From NCBI GenBank assembly GCA_002269645.1, contig NIVC01001403.1, positions 186,001-250,000 of the forward strand: a stretch of DNA of 64,000 bases, in the 5' to 3' direction. Of the stretch, positions 58,144 through 64,000 are shown piece after piece (positions within the stretch are counted from its first letter, which is position 1; each line of letters opens with the position of its first letter). Origin of the DNA: Macrostomum lignano (taxonomy: Eukaryota). The notes under the pieces are model-generated. The model saw only the letters and a program-made list of their open reading frames with translations. It was not told the DNA's origin and ran no database searches. A program made the position numbers and the translations under genes.

Positions 58144-59809
58144 TGGCCATGGGAGATGGGAAGAGAGCATAGGAGTGGTAAACCATACAGGACCATACAG
58201 GGCTTGACTGTAAAAATATTAGAGGCTGACTGCATCGCCCCATCTATTGGCAAAAATACGCAGCAAGTGGGTCTATCGGCAGGTGCGCAGGACTGCAGTG
58301 CTTAATGATATTGCTAAACGAACTGGGCCACACCCATCTCTACCAGACGCCTCTGTCTGTCTCTGTGTGCAGGCAGCGATACTGCATAATGACTATGCAC
58401 TGTATTTATGGACTAAAACGCTTTTAATTGCTCTCAAGGTTTTGCCATATTAGCATGGTACTGATAAGGCAAGCAACTCTTTAACTTGAATTCTGAAAGT
58501 TTTTCTGATAACAATTTCAAGCAGGAAATATTTGGCTTATTTTTTCTGCTATCATATCCCGAATCTAAAATTGCGCGTTAAAATTATTTGAAGCATTTGT
58601 TATAATGTGCGCTCAGTTTTGAAAATGGATTGCGGATGTAGTAAGTTTTAGTAACAGAAAATAACACAATAATTTTAGAAAGTGACTGTTCCTGGCAACA
58701 GAAAAGGCAGGCATTAAGTGAAACTACCCATATCGTATTCAAATTTAGCTCGTAGTTGAATGTCTTCTATGTTGCACAGAGTTGGTTGAGCAAATTTCAC
58801 ACGGATGGGGCTACTTATTACTTGAGCGATTATTTATTAGTACATATAAATCACAGTTTATAAGTAATTTATCGACCATTTTTTCTGCGATTTACTGTCA
58901 AATAGTAATAGAAATCATGGCAGTGCTTGCTGGAGTACAGGCTATTGTTGGCTTGTCTTCAACCCGGGATATTGTCAGCTTGCAGCAGACAGCTCATTGT
59001 CAAGCCCTCGGCTGAGCACATATATACCAGCATGATAAAACAATCAAGTAGAAAAACGACTCCATTAAGTTCCGAAATCACAGGTCCGTTGAGACATAGA
59101 CAAAGCGACCCTCGGAACCGATGGTGGAGTCGGTGCTGATTGGTCGAGACGGTCGGGTGTACTGCGACTCCACGTCCCCAGTGTCGAATGCGTCATTCAG
59201 GACGCCGTCTGGGCTGTACACGTTCGAAGCGCGGGTGTACGGCGCTTGGCTGGGCGGTGTTCTGGAATTCGAGTTTGATGGGGATTGATTACTCTGTGAT
59301 GTAACCTTAAGAGACGAATTCTTAAGGCTGTTTCGCTTCTTCAGTGAGACTGCAAGACGACAGTCTCCTTGGTTTGATGTATCTTGAGACTCCCATTTTT
59401 GTAAGATTTTTTAAGAAACAAATTAAACCTTAAACCGGAAGCCGAACATTCTGCTGTTGATTCAAAGACTGCATATCTGACGACTACTACATGTACGAGT
59501 CACTATTGTTAGTTTCCTACAGATTACAATGTTTAACGTAGAAAAGCATGAGCCCCTGATATTGCATTTTACTACTTGGTAAATCAACATGCCAACTATA
59601 ATAGTTCGCATCCCGGCAACCCTTATTTTGATATTTTATTAGAGGCAGGAGGCTGGGTGCACCCTGGCGCACTTTAAGCGACATTGTCACACAACCATCG
59701 AGAGGCATTGCTGCCCATTCCGCCGACTCCCCTGAGCAGGCACACAAGCGCGCGGATACGTACGCAGTCATACGCACAGGCACACACTCACACAGGAGTG
59801 TACAGCGGC

Positions 59810-60000
59810 CCTAACTTTATTTATCGTTAGGCATGTACACTTCACTGTGCTTTGGGGGTTTGGCTCTCAAGGCCGTTAATTGCACGAGCAGAGCCAAGCC
59901 GAGATTCCAATTCAGCCCCAAATTAATGTGACTGCACTTGGAATCGAGCCTGGGCCGCTGGCACATTAGAGCGCCGCGCCAGACCACTGGGCTACGGCCC
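59810..60000 (-). mobile_element. tRNA-derived SINE
   Basis: Minus strand A-box TAGCCCAGTGG (59984-59994) and B-box GGCTCGATTCC (59940-59950), followed by a non-tRNA body and AATAAA. The 3' end is approximate. Confidence 0.65.
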
Positions 60001-60189
60001 CTCCCAGCTACCCTTTAGTCATAGGATTTGCCTGTACTCACTTCTTGCACACGAATTTAAAAATCAGAATGGTCGCGACGACCATCAGGCCGCCAAGAGC
60101 CAGAGCTGACACCCCGATCACGGCAGGAGCCCCTGTGGGAAAGTCAAATAATTAAAATAATTTTGGAGTTCATTCTTGGAGATATTTAA

Positions 60190-62578
60190 CCCCAAGACTG
60201 CGGATGGCCTGCTCTGCAGGTCATGGTCTCATATCTATGGTCTGCGGCTCAATTTGCTGCTGATATGTGAAAACATTTCTAATGAGTCTTAGTTTGCGGC
60301 TGTGGCCTGCAGAGCAGGCCATGAAAAAGTCGGTTGTTTTAAGTAACTTTTTTGTTCCTTTTAACATCTGATTTTTTCTATACTATGGCGCAACAGGGAT
60401 ACTAAACGAGTTATGAAATGTGAATATATTTTCTCAACAGTCATTGGAACAGTGAACAAAAGTTCAAAGGCATGGTGAAAAATTTACGAAAACAAGTAAT
60501 ACGAACAAGTTTAAAATAATATGCGAGTAATTCAACAACGACCAACAAACATCGATAACACCAAGTACGAGTAGCAGTCATAGGCATAACAGCAGGTGAG
60601 TCACAATTTAACAAATAGTTATAATTAATTTTGATTGGCATGCCAATCTCCGAAGCAGGGCACAGCGCAAAGACCTGGATTTCCCTGGCAGTGATCGCAG
60701 CAATAGACAGTTTTCTTGACTCGGCCACTCTTGTAACACTGTCTGCAACGCTTGGCTGGCCGAGCCTGGGCACCTGTTGGCCGGAGGCGCTTCAGGAGAT
60801 GCTGCTGCCTATTGGGTCCTGTGCCAGGCTGTGCTTGAATTTGCCGGCTCCGTGCAGGTCCAGTAGTCTGGATGAAGCCCTTGATGGTTAATTCCAGGAA
60901 CTTCAGGAAGTCGTACGAGCCGCCACGGGACTGGTACACAACCCAACCGTTTCTGACAAGGACCAAGAAAAAGTGGGCCCCTAGCTTGGCAAACCACTTT
61001 TGTGTCCTTCTGTTTGGGCTATACGGCTGTAGGCCAGAGTCCAGCTTATCAACACCGCCCATAAAGCTATTGTACGATGTTGCTGTTAGAGGCTTGAGTT
61101 CGACAACTTCCTGATTTCCTTGAATGGTGCGGTGAACATGTTGAATGGCGGCGGCATTTTTGGTGTCAATAAAATACACCGTCTTTGTACCAGATGCCTT
61201 TCTGACGACGTACTTCACAGAAAGTACACTGCCGCTTCGCATGAAGGCACAGCCTGGAGCGGGCACGGCCAGATCTCTCAATTCAACGGGGACACCGCGG
61301 TTTGCACGCACTGTGCAGGTCAGCAGTGTGCCGTGATGCAGCAGGTAGTCTGCTAGGCGATGCGATCCGAACCAGCTGTCGCAAACGACATGGTAGCCAA
61401 GGTCCAGTACATATCGGCATGTCTCAACCAGCACCTTCTCGCTCATCGAAAGTCCTTCACATCCCAGATCTTGACCAAACTTATCATTCTCGGCTCTGCT
61501 CGAATGCACAAGAAAGTTGCAAACATAACCTGTTTTTGCCTCGCACAAGCAATAAATTTTAATGCCATACCGCGCTTTCTTTGCTGGAATATATTGGCGG
61601 AACAGTACTCTTCCTCTGAACAGCACCAGTTCTTCGTCTACGCTTAGCTCCTTCTCTGGCATGTACACGTTCCGGCAGATCCGCGACACACAGTTGATGA
61701 AGGGCCTGGCCTTAGCCAGAGGATCAGCGGCGTCAAAGTTGGAGCAGTCATAGAAGCGTAGTAGACTGCTGATCTGCTGAAACCTGTCTCTTGGCAGACA
61801 TGCTTGCTGCTGGAAGAATGGCGTAGAATAGAAGTCGCTTTTAGACCAATAGTGGGTCACTTCCGGTTTTTTTACTACTCCCATATAAAGGGACATTGCG
61901 ACGAACTTTGACATCTCATTTACAGTGATATCCTTCCAGCTGGAAAATCGCGATGGTAGCTGTTCATCCTGAAGATCTTCGAACTCGCGCCACGCTCGAG
62001 CATTCGTCCAGTCGCACAGCTTCTGTAGCAATTCGGGTGTCAGAAACATTCGGCTGAAAGCTACTGGATCTTCGTCAGCGTTCTCGGGTTGCGGCAAATC
62101 CGGATTGACACCTGGCATGCCAAGGAACTCCGGGTCCTGGTTCGGCTTCTGATCTTGGCCAGGGTGGCATGCATGCCAAACATTGGTTGCACCATGGGCA
62201 GCGGCCAAGCCTTCATCTACCTCTTGCATTTCCATGCCTCCTTGTTCGGTTTCGTCCTCATCATCAGTGAAAAAACTGTCGTCTCCTTCTTCAAACTCGG
62301 GATCAGTATCAGTATCAAAATGCTCCGCTTGAGCCATAATGACGATAAATAGTGTTAAAAAATTGAAAAGGACGTTAATAGAAACTGCTCTAGCTTAAAA
62401 AATGAGCCACAAGCTGTACAAATACAATCCAAAAGTTTCAAAGACTAAATACTCAGTAGGAGCTGCTACCGCAAACTAAAGACATGTCAGCCAAAGATTA
62501 AAAAATGTTCATGGCCTGCAGGGCAGGCCAAGCCGCAAACTGTGTCTATGGCATAAACTCATCAACGCAGTCTATGGG
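60190..62578 (-). mobile_element. piggyBac transposon, apparently full length (2389 bp)
   Basis: TTAA-CCCCAAGACTGCG ... CGCAGTCTATGGG-TTTTAA; 13-bp TIRs match 11/13; subterminal inverted GGCCTGC..GCAGGCC palindromes and GTTTGCGG motifs at both ends. Confidence 0.93.
60625..62337 (-). CDS. piggyBac transposase (570 aa, intact)
   Basis: Acidic N-terminus; DDD triad SVDE, CDSWF, GGVDKLD; C-terminal Cys-rich domain CRQC..CCDHC..LCAVPCF..WH; no stops. Confidence 0.95.
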   Translation of the reverse strand: MAQAEHFDTDTDPEFEEGDDSFFTDDEDETEQGGMEMQEVDEGLAAAHGATNVWHACHPGQDQKPNQDPEFLGMPGVNPDLPQPENADEDPVAFSRMFLTPELLQKLCDWTNARAWREFEDLQDEQLPSRFSSWKDITVNEMSKFVAMSLYMGVVKKPEVTHYWSKSDFYSTPFFQQQACLPRDRFQQISSLLRFYDCSNFDAADPLAKARPFINCVSRICRNVYMPEKELSVDEELVLFRGRVLFRQYIPAKKARYGIKIYCLCEAKTGYVCNFLVHSSRAENDKFGQDLGCEGLSMSEKVLVETCRYVLDLGYHVVCDSWFGSHRLADYLLHHGTLLTCTVRANRGVPVELRDLAVPAPGCAFMRSGSVLSVKYVVRKASGTKTVYFIDTKNAAAIQHVHRTIQGNQEVVELKPLTATSYNSFMGGVDKLDSGLQPYSPNRRTQKWFAKLGAHFFLVLVRNGWVVYQSRGGSYDFLKFLELTIKGFIQTTGPARSRQIQAQPGTGPNRQQHLLKRLRPTGAQARPAKRCRQCYKSGRVKKTVYCCDHCQGNPGLCAVPCFGDWHANQN

Positions 62579-62667
62579 TTTTAAGTGATTTTTTGTCATT
62601 AGACTTACAGTATTCTGGAAATGCTTTGAGAGTCTCTAGACTCAAATCAAGGCTAGCAATAACTTAC

Positions 62668-63919
62668 ACGGTGGCAGTGCAGTTGGTTCGGGCGTAGTCT
62701 CTGGAGTAACCCCGGACGTCTCCGATTCAGTGTGGGACGTTTGAGTGCCTGTTGTTGATGAAGGTGAATGGTCCAGTGTTGTTCCTGAAGAGCTCGTGTC
62801 AGTACTGGTTTCAGTCGGACCGGTTGCATCAGGTGAGCTGGGTTCTGTCGGACCGGTTGCATCAGGTGAGCTGGGTTCTGTCGGACCGGTTGCATCAGGT
62901 GAGCTGGGTTCTGTCGGACCGGTTGCATCAGGTGAGCTGGGTTCTGTCGGACCGGTTGCATCAGGTGAGCTGGGTTCTGTCGGACCGGTTGCATCAGGTG
63001 AGCTGGGTTCTGTCGAACCGGTTGCATCAGGTGAGCTGGGTTCTGTCGGACCGGTTGCATCAGGTGAGCTGGGTTCTGTCGGACCGGTTGCATCAGGTGA
63101 GCTGGGTTCAGTCGGACCGGTTACATCAGGTGAGCTGGGTTCAGTCGGACCGGTTGCATCAGGTGAGCTGGGTTCTGTCGGACCGGTTGCATCAGGTGAG
63201 CTGGGTTCTGTCGGACCGGTTGCATCAGGTGAGCTGGGTTCTGTCGGACCGGTTGCATCAGGTGAGCTGGGTTCTGTCGAACCGGTTGCATCAGGTGAGC
63301 TGGGTTCAGTCGGACCGGTTGCATCAGGTGAGCTGGGTTCAGTCGGACCGGTTGCATCAGGTGAGCTGGGTTCTGTCGGACCGGTTGCATCAGGTGAGCT
63401 GGGTTCTGTCGGACCGGTTGCATCAGGTGAGCTGGGTTCTGTCGAACCGGTTGCATCAGGTGAGCTGGGTTCAGTCGGACCGGTTGCATCAGGTGAGCTG
63501 GGTTCTGTCGGACCGGTTGCATCAGGTGAGCTGGGTTCAGTCGGACCGGTTGCATCAGGTGAGCTGGGTTCTGTCGGACCGGTTGCATCAGGTGAGCTGG
63601 GTTCTGTCGAACCGGTTGCATCAGGTGAGCTGGGTTCTGTCGGACCGGTTGCATCAGGTGAGCTGGGTTCTGTCGAACCGGTTGCATCAGGTGAGCTGGG
63701 TTCAGTCGGACCGGTTGCATCAGGTGAGCTGGGTTCAGTCGGACCGGTTACATCAGGTGAGCTGGGTTCAGTCGGACCGGTTGCATCAGGTGAGCTGGGT
63801 TCTGTCGGACCGGTAGCATCAGGTGAGCTGGTCGTTGAGCCCAAAGTGTTCATGGGTGCCACAGTTATGAAGATGACAGCCAAAGCTAATAGCGCCTTTA
63901 AATGGAAATCAGGGTGCAT
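62668..63919 (-). CDS. Mucin-like secreted or surface protein, first coding exon (signal peptide plus ~31 PTEPSSPDATG repeats)
   Basis: ATG at 63919, hydrophobic leader LKALLALAVIFITVA, 33-bp coding repeat ~62810-63835, phase-1 donor T|GTAAGT at 62668. Downstream exons are uncertain. Confidence 0.7.
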
Positions 63920-64000
63920 TAAAAGGCTCACTTTTTTGGTATATTGTTCAATAATTCAGAAGGTAACAAATACTAAACGTAATACTTACTATTCTGATGT

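Noticed and set aside
60631-61753. Plus-strand ORFs over the piggyBac, and similar short ORFs over Gypsy B, the kinases and Slo
   Set aside because: Shadow frames of GC-rich coding sequence with no independent motifs.

Overview
Eukaryotic (metazoan) genomic DNA with GT-AG introns, GC- and Ala-rich exons and a minisatellite in almost every intron. The style suggests a free-living flatworm such as Macrostomum (inference, not verified). Host genes, left to right: the 3' end of a KMT2C/D (MLL3/4, trr) H3K4 methyltransferase (+), a FAM53-like gene (+), a LITAF-family gene (+), an ODF2/cenexin-like gene (+), two tandem divergent CK1/TTBK-like kinases (-), a compact 4-exon divergent Slo/BK channel (-) and the first exon of a mucin-like protein (-). 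Mobile DNA: two hAT-type MITEs, a hAT transposase remnant, a Penelope 3' fragment carrying a minimal hammerhead ribozyme, a nested stack (LINE > Gypsy A > an intact Gypsy B plus a solo LTR), an apparently intact piggyBac and two tRNA-derived SINE-like heads. Most notable: the hammerhead; about 13 TACATGTA sites that look like Tc1/mariner excision footprints, two of them in-frame inside retroelement ORFs; an intron present in only one kinase paralog and bounded by a 5-bp direct repeat; a BK channel with altered gating residues; and an extra AAA at the Gypsy B junction. All coordinates were read by eye and no database search was run.
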